This document shows, one piece after another, positions 19,652 to 27,734 of a stretch of 38,014 nt of DNA. The DNA comes from Acetobacteraceae bacterium (lineage in GTDB: Bacteria > Pseudomonadota > Alphaproteobacteria > Acetobacterales > Acetobacteraceae), in the NCBI GenBank assembly GCA_043785025.1, contig JAYVXQ010000289.1, forward strand, positions 1-38,014, in the 5' to 3' direction. Position numbers and translations under genes: made by a program. How positions within the stretch are numbered: the first letter of the stretch is position 1; the number at the start of each line of letters is the position of its first letter. The notes beneath the pieces were generated by a model that was not told where the DNA came from, ran no database searches, and saw only the letters and a list, made by a program, of their open reading frames with translations.

Positions 19652-20262
19652 TGCGCAAGCCTCTCTGGGCGCTCACCCTCGCCTTCATGTGGCCTCGCGT
19701 GGTCTGGGCTCATGGGCTATCGGCAGAGGCCGGGGATTTTTACGCGGCGGCGCAATCGCTGCTGACCGGACCTGAGGATATTCTGACCTGGCTGGCGTTG
19801 GGACTGTTCGCGGGTCTGCACGCTATGCGGCGCGCGGGCTGGAGCGCCGAATGTTTCGCGGCCGGTTTGGCGTTTGGTTTGCTGGCCGCGCGTGCCGGAT
19901 GGTTGCCCACCGCCCGTCCGGGGATCGATCTGATCGCGCCGTTGGTGTGCGGGATGCTGCTGGCTCTGGCGGTGCGATTGCCCGCACTGGCGCTTTGGGC
20001 GATCGCCGTCGCGTCGGGGCTTGTCCGCGGCTGGCATACCGGGATGGATACGTTGGCGCGGCCGGATGGGCTGGCTTTGGCCAGCGGGCTGGGGTTGGCG
20101 GGATATCTTTCCGTGCTGAGCGCGGTCGCGGCCACTGGCTGGTTTTTGAGCCAAAGCGCGGGCTGGCGCCTCATCGCGGTGCGCGCCGCCGGCAGTTGGA
20201 TCGCGGCGATCGCGATGATGACCGGGGGGTTGGCGTTCCGCCGATTGATGCAGGGGGTTTAG
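19651..20262 (+). CDS. Divergent HupE/UreJ-like membrane protein
   Basis: TGATG coupling; VWA|HG; same layout as HupE but His motifs eroded ('QSLLTGPEDIL', 'VRGWHTG'); C-terminal 'AVRAAGSWIAAI'. Confidence 0.7.
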   Translation: MRKPLWALTLAFMWPRVVWAHGLSAEAGDFYAAAQSLLTGPEDILTWLALGLFAGLHAMRRAGWSAECFAAGLAFGLLAARAGWLPTARPGIDLIAPLVCGMLLALAVRLPALALWAIAVASGLVRGWHTGMDTLARPDGLALASGLGLAGYLSVLSAVAATGWFLSQSAGWRLIAVRAAGSWIAAIAMMTGGLAFRRLMQGV

Positions 20263-20366
20263 CGCGGTTTCCGATCGCGTTGGCTCACGGAACCCGCTCT
20301 AAGTATTTGTTTTGGCGAGCATCTTTATCCGATCAGGTGTGGCCACCTGATCGGATGATGCTTTAG
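20259..20366. repeat. ~105-bp palindromic intergenic element (BRU-RS/RIME-like)
   Basis: Starts TTAGCGCGGTTTCCG, ends ATGCTTTAG; internal perfect 13-bp hairpin ATCCGATCAGGTG-TGGC-CACCTGATCGGAT (20327-20356); between convergent genes and supplies the upstream TAG. Confidence 0.55.
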
Positions 20367-20393
20367 CGAGGCGGTCGCGACCGCGTGAAGACG

Positions 20394-21170
20394 TCACCCG
20401 CCCATCCAATCGTCGAGCGATCCGCCATATAACCACAGTAACCAGGCCGCCATCGCCAAAAAGGGTCCAAACGGAATCGCCGTCGCGGCCGTCATCCGCC
20501 GCCCCACCAGCGCCGCCGCTCCCGCCGCGGCCAGGCCAAGCGACGCGGCGAGAAAAAGGGTGAGCGGCAACAGCGCGAGCCCGAGCCAGGCCCCGATTGC
20601 GGCGAATAATTTCGGATCGCCGCCGCCCAACCCATCGCGGCCTCTCAGGCGGCGATACAGCCAGGCGACGCCGGTCAGGCTTGTGAAGGCGACGACGGCG
20701 GCGAGCGTGCGATCGGACAGCGCGGCGGGATCGGCCACATACGTCGCGATCAGACCGATGACCAGCAGAGGCAGCGTCAAGGCGTCCGGCAACAGCATCG
20801 TTCTGCTATCGATCCAGGACAATGTCAGGAGCAACCAGCCCAGTACGCAGGAGGGCCAAAGATCGGCCTCGGGCACCGTGAGGCCAACCCAGAAAGCCAC
20901 CGCCATGGCGCCGAGTTCGACGGCGGGGGCGAAAAAGCCGATGGGTTCGTGGCAGTAACGGCATTGGCCGCGCGTCAGAACGAAACTCAGCAACGGCACG
21001 AGATCCCGCGCGGCGAGGCGGTGACCGCAATGGTCGCACGCCGAACGCGCGAACACGACCGGACGATTTTCCGGCAGACGTTGGATCAGGACGCCCATGA
21101 AACTACCGATCACGGGCGCGACGGCAACGGCGGGCAGCCACGCGGCAAATGAGTTGAAAACAGCGTCCAC
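20394..21170 (-). CDS. gspO: Prepilin peptidase/N-methyltransferase (A24)
   Basis: 'GSFMGVLIQRLP', CDHC...CRYC Zn motif, catalytic Asp motifs 'WIDSRTMLLPD' and 'GLGGGDPKL', 'IPFGPFL'. Confidence 0.93.
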   Translation of the reverse strand: MDAVFNSFAAWLPAVAVAPVIGSFMGVLIQRLPENRPVVFARSACDHCGHRLAARDLVPLLSFVLTRGQCRYCHEPIGFFAPAVELGAMAVAFWVGLTVPEADLWPSCVLGWLLLTLSWIDSRTMLLPDALTLPLLVIGLIATYVADPAALSDRTLAAVVAFTSLTGVAWLYRRLRGRDGLGGGDPKLFAAIGAWLGLALLPLTLFLAASLGLAAAGAAALVGRRMTAATAIPFGPFLAMAAWLLWLYGGSLDDWMGG

Positions 21171-21290
21171 GACGTTGTCTCACCACGGCGCACCTCGCTC
21201 CGCAAGCCCGTCGGGACTTACGGACTCCGGGTCAGATCGGCTTATATCGCGGGGGTGGGACGCGAAGGTCCCAACAGCCGAGGGAGCATC

Positions 21291-21716
21291 ATGAAACGTC
21301 CTCCAATCCGCATGAACCGGTCACGCGAGCGTGGTTTCACGCTGCTGGAAATTCTGGTGGTGATCGCGATTCTCGGTCTGTTGATCGGCCTGGTGGCGCC
21401 CGCCGCCTTGCGGCAATTGGGTGGGGCGCGCGTGTCGGTCACCAAACAATCGATCGAGCGGATCGGCGCGGTGCTGGACATGTATAAACTGGACGTCGGC
21501 ACCTACCCCACCGCCGAGCAGGGGTTGCGCGCGTTGGTGGAGCGGCCCGCGGGAATGCCCGGTTGGAATGGGCCGTATTTGAAGGGGGACGTGCCGGCGG
21601 ACCCGTGGAGCCATCCCTATTCCTATCGTTTCCCCTCCAACCGTCCGGCGCGGGATTACGATTTGTGTTCGGCGGGTCCACCGGGAACGGCGGCGGAGGC
21701 GATCTGCAACCCCTGA
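21291..21716 (+). CDS. gspG: Major pseudopilin GspG
   Basis: GGGAG RBS; RG|FTLLEILVVIAILGLL; 'LDMYKLDVGTYPTAEQGLRALV', 'WNGPYL', 'PADPW'. Start 21291 or 21312. Confidence 0.93.
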   Translation: MKRPPIRMNRSRERGFTLLEILVVIAILGLLIGLVAPAALRQLGGARVSVTKQSIERIGAVLDMYKLDVGTYPTAEQGLRALVERPAGMPGWNGPYLKGDVPADPWSHPYSYRFPSNRPARDYDLCSAGPPGTAAEAICNP

Positions 21717-21738
21717 TATTGATCGTGGGCGGAATGGG

Positions 21739-23211
21739 TCATTTCGTTGGATGGATATTCAGGCTTTCCCGCGCCAGCCAGCGCCTGATCATGAGCAAGG
21801 CGACGACCGTCAGGCCGGTCGCCAGACCGATCCAGATGCCGACGCCGCCCATGCCCATCGGGAACGCCAGCCACGCGCCCAAAGGCAGGCCGATCGCCCA
21901 ATAGCCGGTGAGGGCGAACAGCATGGGCACGCGCGCGTCATGCAGCCCTCGTAAAATCCCCGCCGCGACCGATTGGGCGCCGTCCGAGATCTGAAACAGC
22001 GCCGCGAGTGCGAGGAACGACATCGCATGGGCCACGACCGCCGCGTTGCATGGGTCTCCGGTTTCCAGGAAGGCGGAGATCAGCAGGCGTGGGGCGGCGA
22101 TCATGGTCAGGGACATCGTGGCCATGAACGCGGTCGCCAGGCCCAAAGCGGTCCAGCCAGCGCGGCGGATCGCCTCCCGGTCCTGACGGCCGAGGGCGCG
22201 TCCGACCCGGACCGTGGCGGCCTGGCTAATACCAAGCGGCACCATAAAGGTCAGCGACGCCAATTGAATGACGATCGCATGGGCTGCCAGGGACGCCGTG
22301 CCGATCAGGCCCATCAGGAAGGCGGCGGCGTTGAACATCGTCACCTCGAAGCTGAGGGTCGCCGCCATCGGCAGACCGAGGCGCCAGAATTCCCACAGGC
22401 GTGACCAGTCCGGACGAAAAAACGCGGCGAAAAGGCGGAAACGCCGGAAAGGATGCGCGACGGTGGCGACGACGGCCAGCGCCGAGAACATCAAAACGCT
22501 GGACAAGGTCGTCGCGAGGCCCGAGCCGGCGATCCCGAGCGGGTGGAAGCCACAACGTCCCAACATCAGGCACGCATTGGCCGCCGCGTTGACGCCGACC
22601 GCGGCGAGAGCGATGACCATCGACCACACCGGCCGCTCCAACGCGCTGATGAACGAGCGGAGGATCAGGAACGCCCAGGCGGGCAGGAGCGCCCATTGGA
22701 GGGTGCGGACGTAGGCTCCGGCCAGGACCGACAGGCTGGGCTCCTGGCCCATGGCGAGGAGCAGTTTCTCGCTCCACCACAGAGCGAGCCAGAAGGCCAC
22801 GGCCATGAACAGCGCCGACCACAATCCCATGCGGACGGTGCGCCGGACGGGCGCAATGGCGGCGGGATCGCGGCCGAGGTCGCGCGCGATCAGCGGGGCC
22901 CCGGCGTTCAGCAGACCGAGGCCGACAACGAAGGCCATGAAATAAAGATTGGCGCCCAAAGCGCCGGCCGCGAGCGTGTCCGCGCTGAGCCAGCCCATCA
23001 TCATGACGTCCGTCGTTCCCATCGCGATCTGGGTCAGATTGCCGAGGGCGAGCGGCCAGCTAAGGGCCACGAGCGCGCGGAGCTCTCCAGACCAGGACAA
23101 TGAAACGACTGGCGGGGAAACGGCCGGCGGGGAAACGGCCGGCGGGGAAACGACCGGCGGGGAAACGACCGGCGGGGAAACAGTCGGAGAGGTCTCGGGC
23201 GGTCCGGTCAT
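21739..23211 (-). CDS. MATE family efflux transporter (NorM-like)
   Basis: 'LSWPLALGNL...TDVMMMGWL', 'LGIAGSGLAT', 'LAAHAIVIQL...FMVPLG', 'FQISDGAQ...GILRG'. Confidence 0.92.
   Translation of the reverse strand: MTGPPETSPTVSPPVVSPPVVSPPAVSPPAVSPPVVSLSWSGELRALVALSWPLALGNLTQIAMGTTDVMMMGWLSADTLAAGALGANLYFMAFVVGLGLLNAGAPLIARDLGRDPAAIAPVRRTVRMGLWSALFMAVAFWLALWWSEKLLLAMGQEPSLSVLAGAYVRTLQWALLPAWAFLILRSFISALERPVWSMVIALAAVGVNAAANACLMLGRCGFHPLGIAGSGLATTLSSVLMFSALAVVATVAHPFRRFRLFAAFFRPDWSRLWEFWRLGLPMAATLSFEVTMFNAAAFLMGLIGTASLAAHAIVIQLASLTFMVPLGISQAATVRVGRALGRQDREAIRRAGWTALGLATAFMATMSLTMIAAPRLLISAFLETGDPCNAAVVAHAMSFLALAALFQISDGAQSVAAGILRGLHDARVPMLFALTGYWAIGLPLGAWLAFPMGMGGVGIWIGLATGLTVVALLMIRRWLARESLNIHPTK
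23102..23191 (-). repeat. ~6x15-bp tandem repeat encoding (V/A)VSPP in the MATE N-terminus
   Basis: GAAACG(A/G)CCGGCGGG units on + strand. Confidence 0.9.
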
Positions 23212-23317
23212 ACGGCGCGGTGGTAGCGGCGGGCGGGGGGAAAGTCACGGCGGCGTGTGGTCATTCGTCCGTGGCGATGGCAGCATGAGTCTGGAAGCCA
23301 ATAAGGAAGACAACGTC

Positions 23318-24319
23318 ATGGCGATGCGGATCCTCTGGCCGAACCTTCCGGCGGCGCTTGTACCGGTCGCGACCGAGGCGGTGGGCGCGGGGTTCGAGCT
23401 GGAATTTTGTGAGAAAGTCGAGGACGTCACGGATGCGCAATGGGCAGGCGCGGACGCGGTCGTCGGCGGGTGCCCGCCGCAATACATCGATAAACTGCGG
23501 AATTGCCGGATATTCGTGAAATACGGCGTCGGCTATGACGATGTGGATATCGGGCGTTTTGGCAAACTCGGTATCCGGGTCTGCAATGTTCCCGATTACG
23601 GCACGCGGGAGGTCGCGGATCACGCGATCGCGCTGATGATGACGCTGGCGAAGAGTGTCGCTTATCACGACCAGGAATTGCGCGCCGATCTGAAGGGCAA
23701 TTGGCGGCCCGCGCATAATCCGTTCGGACGCCGTTTGTCGGTGTGCACGTATGGCGTGGTCGGCATGGGGCGGATCGGGACGGCGGCGGCCCGGCGCGCC
23801 AAGGCGTTTGACATGGACGTGGTGTTTTATGATCCGTATCAGCCGAACGGGTATCAGTTCGCGATCGGGGTGCGGCGGGCCGATACGCTCGCGGAACTGA
23901 TGGGGCAATGCGATTTCGTGAGCGTGCATACGCCGTTGACGGCGGAGACGCGCGGGCTGATTGGCGCGGCGGCCTTCGCGGCGGCGAAAAAGGGGATGAC
24001 GCTGATCAACACCGCGCGTGGGCCGGTGGTGGATATCGACGCGCTGTATGACGCGATGAAGGACGGCACGGTGTTGGCGGCGGGACTGGATGTGCTGCCG
24101 GAGGAGCCGGCGAACGCGCAACGGCGGTTGATCGCGGCGTGGCGGGATAATGAGGATTGGATCCGGCATCGGCTGCTGTTGACGCCGCATTCGGCGTTTT
24201 TCACGCCGGAGAGCATGCGCGATAATCGGGCGTTCGCGGCGCGTACGGCGGCGCGGTTTTTGCGGGATGGGCGGTTGGAGAATTGCGTGAATGCGGGGTT
24301 TTTGGTGGAGAAGGGATGA
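23318..24319 (+). CDS. D-isomer 2-hydroxyacid dehydrogenase (CtBP-like)
   Basis: AAGGAAG RBS; 'GVGYDDVD', 'NVPDYGTREVADHA', GxGxxG 'GMGRIG', 'INTARG', 'GLDVLPEEP', 'TPHSAF'. Confidence 0.92.
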   Translation: MAMRILWPNLPAALVPVATEAVGAGFELEFCEKVEDVTDAQWAGADAVVGGCPPQYIDKLRNCRIFVKYGVGYDDVDIGRFGKLGIRVCNVPDYGTREVADHAIALMMTLAKSVAYHDQELRADLKGNWRPAHNPFGRRLSVCTYGVVGMGRIGTAAARRAKAFDMDVVFYDPYQPNGYQFAIGVRRADTLAELMGQCDFVSVHTPLTAETRGLIGAAAFAAAKKGMTLINTARGPVVDIDALYDAMKDGTVLAAGLDVLPEEPANAQRRLIAAWRDNEDWIRHRLLLTPHSAFFTPESMRDNRAFAARTAARFLRDGRLENCVNAGFLVEKG

Positions 24320-24329
24320 GCGGACCGAT

Positions 24330-24440
24330 CGCGAGGAAGGCATTCACTGGCCGGACCTCGACGAGGACATTTCCATGGTGGGCCGCCTCGCGGGTCGAGG
24401 CGATCATTCCAGAGTCCGTGAGGCTGGCGCCAAACCGTAA
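24330..24440 (+). pseudogene. C-terminal relic of a DUF2442-family gene
   Basis: Frame reads EEGIHWPDLDEDISMVGRLAGRGDHSRVREAGAKP*; GIHWPDLDED is the DUF2442 signature as I recall it; no start or N-terminal half. Confidence 0.6.
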
Positions 24441-24632
24441 CGACCTCATTCGGGTCAGTAGCGGCTGCCCGCGCTTATCAGCGCGAAGGCGTTGCGTGAG
24501 GGGCCAGGTCGAGGCTCCATGCCCGTTTCGGGCTCGGCCGCAACACGCCGGTTGCTTCGTCCAGTGGCCTTGTTTCCGACATCACCGACGGGGAAACGGC
24601 CAGGACTTCCGCCCCGGCCGTTCCCTCACGTC

Positions 24633-25940
24633 CTACCCCAGAGTGACTTCCGCCTTGATCACTTCCAGTTCAGCCGTCATCACCATGCCCTTCGTTTCCG
24701 GACCCAAATAAACCGCGATGATATACACGACCAGCGAACCGATCGCGGTATACATCATCGGTTTGGCGAACCCCATGCCCTGGTTCACCGCGAAGTAAGT
24801 CAGGATCGGCGCGACGGCCGCGCCCCAAACCGCGCCCTGGTGATAGACGAAACCCGCGGCGGTGGCGCGAACCTCGGTCGGGAAGCGTTCCGTCAGCCAG
24901 GCGGGGTTCAATGCGTCTTTGCCGCTGAAGAAACAGATGAACAGCAGAAAGAACGCAAGGAACAAGGTCCGATCGACCTGCAGGATATACAGTGGAAGCA
25001 GGAACAAGGCGATGGTCGTGGGGATCATCAGCGCCCATCGCCGGCCGACGCGTTCCGACACCGCGCCCCAGAAACTGCAAGCGACGAATGTGATGATATT
25101 TCCCCAGAACACCGGGACCGCGACCTGCGCCGGAGTCCAGCCCAATTCCTTCGTCAGATAGGTACCGAGCATAGCCCAGACCGCGTAGTAGACGCAGAAG
25201 TTCGCGGCCATCCACAGGCAGCCCGTCAGGGTATTCCACAAGTATTTACGCTTGAAGATCGCGAACAATGGCAGCGTGACCTGCGTTTTGTTTGCATTCT
25301 GCAACTTTTTGTTTTCCGACCAGACCTCGGGCTCCTTCACATACATGCGGATCCAGACGCAGACCAGTGCCGGCAATACGCCCAAAATCAACATGCCGCG
25401 CCAGCCGTAGCCTTTGTGCCATACCTCCAACGGTCCGTACAAGAACCCGTAAGCCAGGGCGGACAACGCGAAGCCCAGGCCCCAGGACCCTTGCAAAACT
25501 CCGGACATGAGACCGCGAGACCGCGCTGGCCAGGATTCCATCGCCAGCGCCGCGCCGGCCGGCCATTCCGCGCCCATACCGATGCCCAACAACGCCCGGA
25601 CCACGAATAAAAACGTAAAACTTGGCGAGAAGCCAGCGAGAAAATTGCAGATGGAATACCAAAGAATGGAGATCATCAGGGGTGCCCGCCGCCCCATTCG
25701 ATCGGCCAGCCAGCCGGATGCCGTCGCCCCAAGCAGGCGCATGACCAGCGTGACCGAGAAGACCGCCGTCACGTCGATCAGCGGAACCCCGAACTCCTGC
25801 GCGATCGGCACCATGATCAGAAGGAAGACGGTGAAGTCGAAGGCGTCGAGCGTCCAACCCATCCAGGCGGCGAAATAGGCGTACCACTGGTCCTTGGTCG
25901 GTTCTTTCCACCACGGAACGTTTGCCGCGATTCCAGACAT
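24633..25940 (-). CDS. MFS transporter, SHS (sialate/carboxylate:H+) family-like
   Basis: ATG 25940 with AAGGGGAG RBS; 'GWTLDAFDF', 'GWLADRMGRR', 'GMGAEWPAG', 'ESWPARSRG', 'ERFPTEVRATAAGFVYHQG'. Confidence 0.9.
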   Translation of the reverse strand: MSGIAANVPWWKEPTKDQWYAYFAAWMGWTLDAFDFTVFLLIMVPIAQEFGVPLIDVTAVFSVTLVMRLLGATASGWLADRMGRRAPLMISILWYSICNFLAGFSPSFTFLFVVRALLGIGMGAEWPAGAALAMESWPARSRGLMSGVLQGSWGLGFALSALAYGFLYGPLEVWHKGYGWRGMLILGVLPALVCVWIRMYVKEPEVWSENKKLQNANKTQVTLPLFAIFKRKYLWNTLTGCLWMAANFCVYYAVWAMLGTYLTKELGWTPAQVAVPVFWGNIITFVACSFWGAVSERVGRRWALMIPTTIALFLLPLYILQVDRTLFLAFFLLFICFFSGKDALNPAWLTERFPTEVRATAAGFVYHQGAVWGAAVAPILTYFAVNQGMGFAKPMMYTAIGSLVVYIIAVYLGPETKGMVMTAELEVIKAEVTLG

Positions 25941-26312
25941 AGAATTCAGCTCCCCTTTTGTGGCCAACCCGCGTCGGATGGGCTATTCATTGTACTTCGC
26001 GCGTAGAACCTATCAGTGAGTTCAAGCGGAATGCAACCAGCCCGCCACCGCGGCAGGCATTCATGGCCGCGCGACGCCGCGGTGATTGGTCAAAACGTGA
26101 GATTTATCGAAGATATTCCGCCCGGCGTTTAGTATCGGTATCGAATTTATTTTGGCCTGTCACCCCATCAACCCGGCGACAGGCCTGTTGGGTCCAGGCG
26201 CGCTTCGGTATATCTGGGTCGATGCGGCCGCCGGGCGATCCGGACCGCGCGTTCGGGATCCGCGCCGGCCAATCCGGAACCTGAACCGATGAACAAAACC
26301 GGAGGACACCCC

Positions 26313-27080
26313 ATGCGACCCAACAAAATCAAACAAATGTGGAAAGCCGGACAATGCCCCACCCTGGGCTGGCTGTCCGTGTCCCACGGCTTCACCGCCG
26401 AGGTCATGGCGCGCCAGGGCTTCGATGCCCTCTGCGTGGACCTGCAACACGGCCTCGCGGAAATGAAGGACGTCGGCCCGATGCTGCAGGCGATTTCCCA
26501 GACCGACACCGTTCCGGTCGTGCGGGTCGCCTGGAACGAGCCGGCCGCGATCATGAAGGCCCTGGACCTCGGCGCCTATTGTATCATCGTTCCGTTGGTG
26601 AACAACGCGGCGGAAGCGGCGATGGCCGTGGCGGCGTGCCGCTATCCGCCCGTGGGCATGCGCTCCTCCGGGCCGGTGCGCGCGGTGCATTACGGTGGGG
26701 CTGACTACGTCGCCAATGCCAATAACGAAATCATCATCATGGCGATGATCGAAACGAAGGAAGGGATCGAAAACCTCGATGCCATCTGCGCCACGCCCGG
26801 CCTCGACGCCGTCTATATCGGACCAGCGGATTTGTCGTTCGCTTTGGGGCTTGAACCGCGCGGCGATAATCCCGATCCGCTGCATATCGCCACCTGCGAC
26901 AAGATCCGGGAAACCGCGCACAAGCACGGCATCAAATGCGTCATGCACTGCGGCGCGGCGCCCTTCGCGGCGGGCGCGGTGAAGCGCGGCTTCGACATGG
27001 TCATGCTGACGTCGGACCTGTCGTGCATGGTCGCGGGCGCGCGGGCGCAACTGGATGAGCTCAAGGCGAAATCGGCCTGA
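26313..27080 (+). CDS. HpcH/HpaI-family class II aldolase
   Basis: GGAGG RBS; 'GFDALCVDLQHG', 'KALDLGA', 'RYPPVGMRS', 'MIET', 'YIGPADLS'. Confidence 0.92.
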   Translation: MRPNKIKQMWKAGQCPTLGWLSVSHGFTAEVMARQGFDALCVDLQHGLAEMKDVGPMLQAISQTDTVPVVRVAWNEPAAIMKALDLGAYCIIVPLVNNAAEAAMAVAACRYPPVGMRSSGPVRAVHYGGADYVANANNEIIIMAMIETKEGIENLDAICATPGLDAVYIGPADLSFALGLEPRGDNPDPLHIATCDKIRETAHKHGIKCVMHCGAAPFAAGAVKRGFDMVMLTSDLSCMVAGARAQLDELKAKSA

Positions 27081-27106
27081 CGGCGTCTCGCCGGAGGACC
27101 CAACAT

Positions 27107-27721
27107 ATGATGCGGCTGTATATCACGCCGGGTTCGCCCTATGCGCGGATCGCCCGGATCATGGTTCTGGAAAAGCGGCTGGCGGACCGGGTTGAAATCG
27201 TCAGCGCGCGAACCCGGTCGGCGGACAGTCCCTATTACCGGATCAACCCCTCGGGCCGGGTGCCGTACTTGGTCCGCGACGATGGGTGGGGGTTGGAAGA
27301 GTCCGCGGTGATCTGCCGCTATTTGGATCACCTCGACGGCCAGCCGGCATTCGATGTGCCGGCGGGCGGCGCGGGGTGGGAGGCGTCGCGGCTTGGCGCC
27401 CTCGCGACCAGCTTCCTCGACGGTGTGTCGGTATGGCTGCGTGAGACGCGGCGGCCCGCCAGCGAGCAATCCGCGACGACCCTCGACCATGAAGCGGCAC
27501 GCTCCCGCAGGCTGGTCGATGATTGGGAGAAGGACATGTCGCATCCGGTGATGGCCGGACCGCTGAACATGGCGCAGATCACGTTGATTTGCGCTCTGGG
27601 CCTGGAGGCGCGCAATCCCGCGTTTCGCTGGCGCGAGGGGCACCCCCGGCTTGGAGAGTGGTTCGACCGGATGTCCGTGCGCCCATCGATCGTGGCGACG
27701 GCGCCTCTCGCGGGGCCGTGA
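27107..27721 (+). CDS. Glutathione S-transferase family protein
   Basis: GGAGG RBS; 'SPYARIARI', 'INPSGRVPYL', 'ESAVICRYLD'. Confidence 0.88.
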   Translation: MMRLYITPGSPYARIARIMVLEKRLADRVEIVSARTRSADSPYYRINPSGRVPYLVRDDGWGLEESAVICRYLDHLDGQPAFDVPAGGAGWEASRLGALATSFLDGVSVWLRETRRPASEQSATTLDHEAARSRRLVDDWEKDMSHPVMAGPLNMAQITLICALGLEARNPAFRWREGHPRLGEWFDRMSVRPSIVATAPLAGP

Positions 27722-27734
27722 TCGCGTCAGACGA

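Noticed and set aside
18563-20262. Long ORFs 18563-19651 and 19093-20262 suggesting fused HupE proteins
   Set aside because: The N-terminal halves are off-frame overlaps with upstream genes; real starts are 19061 and 19651.
22949-23317. GGET-repeat N-terminal extension of the dehydrogenase
   Set aside because: Antisense reading of the MATE gene and its VNTR; the RBS supports a start at 23318.
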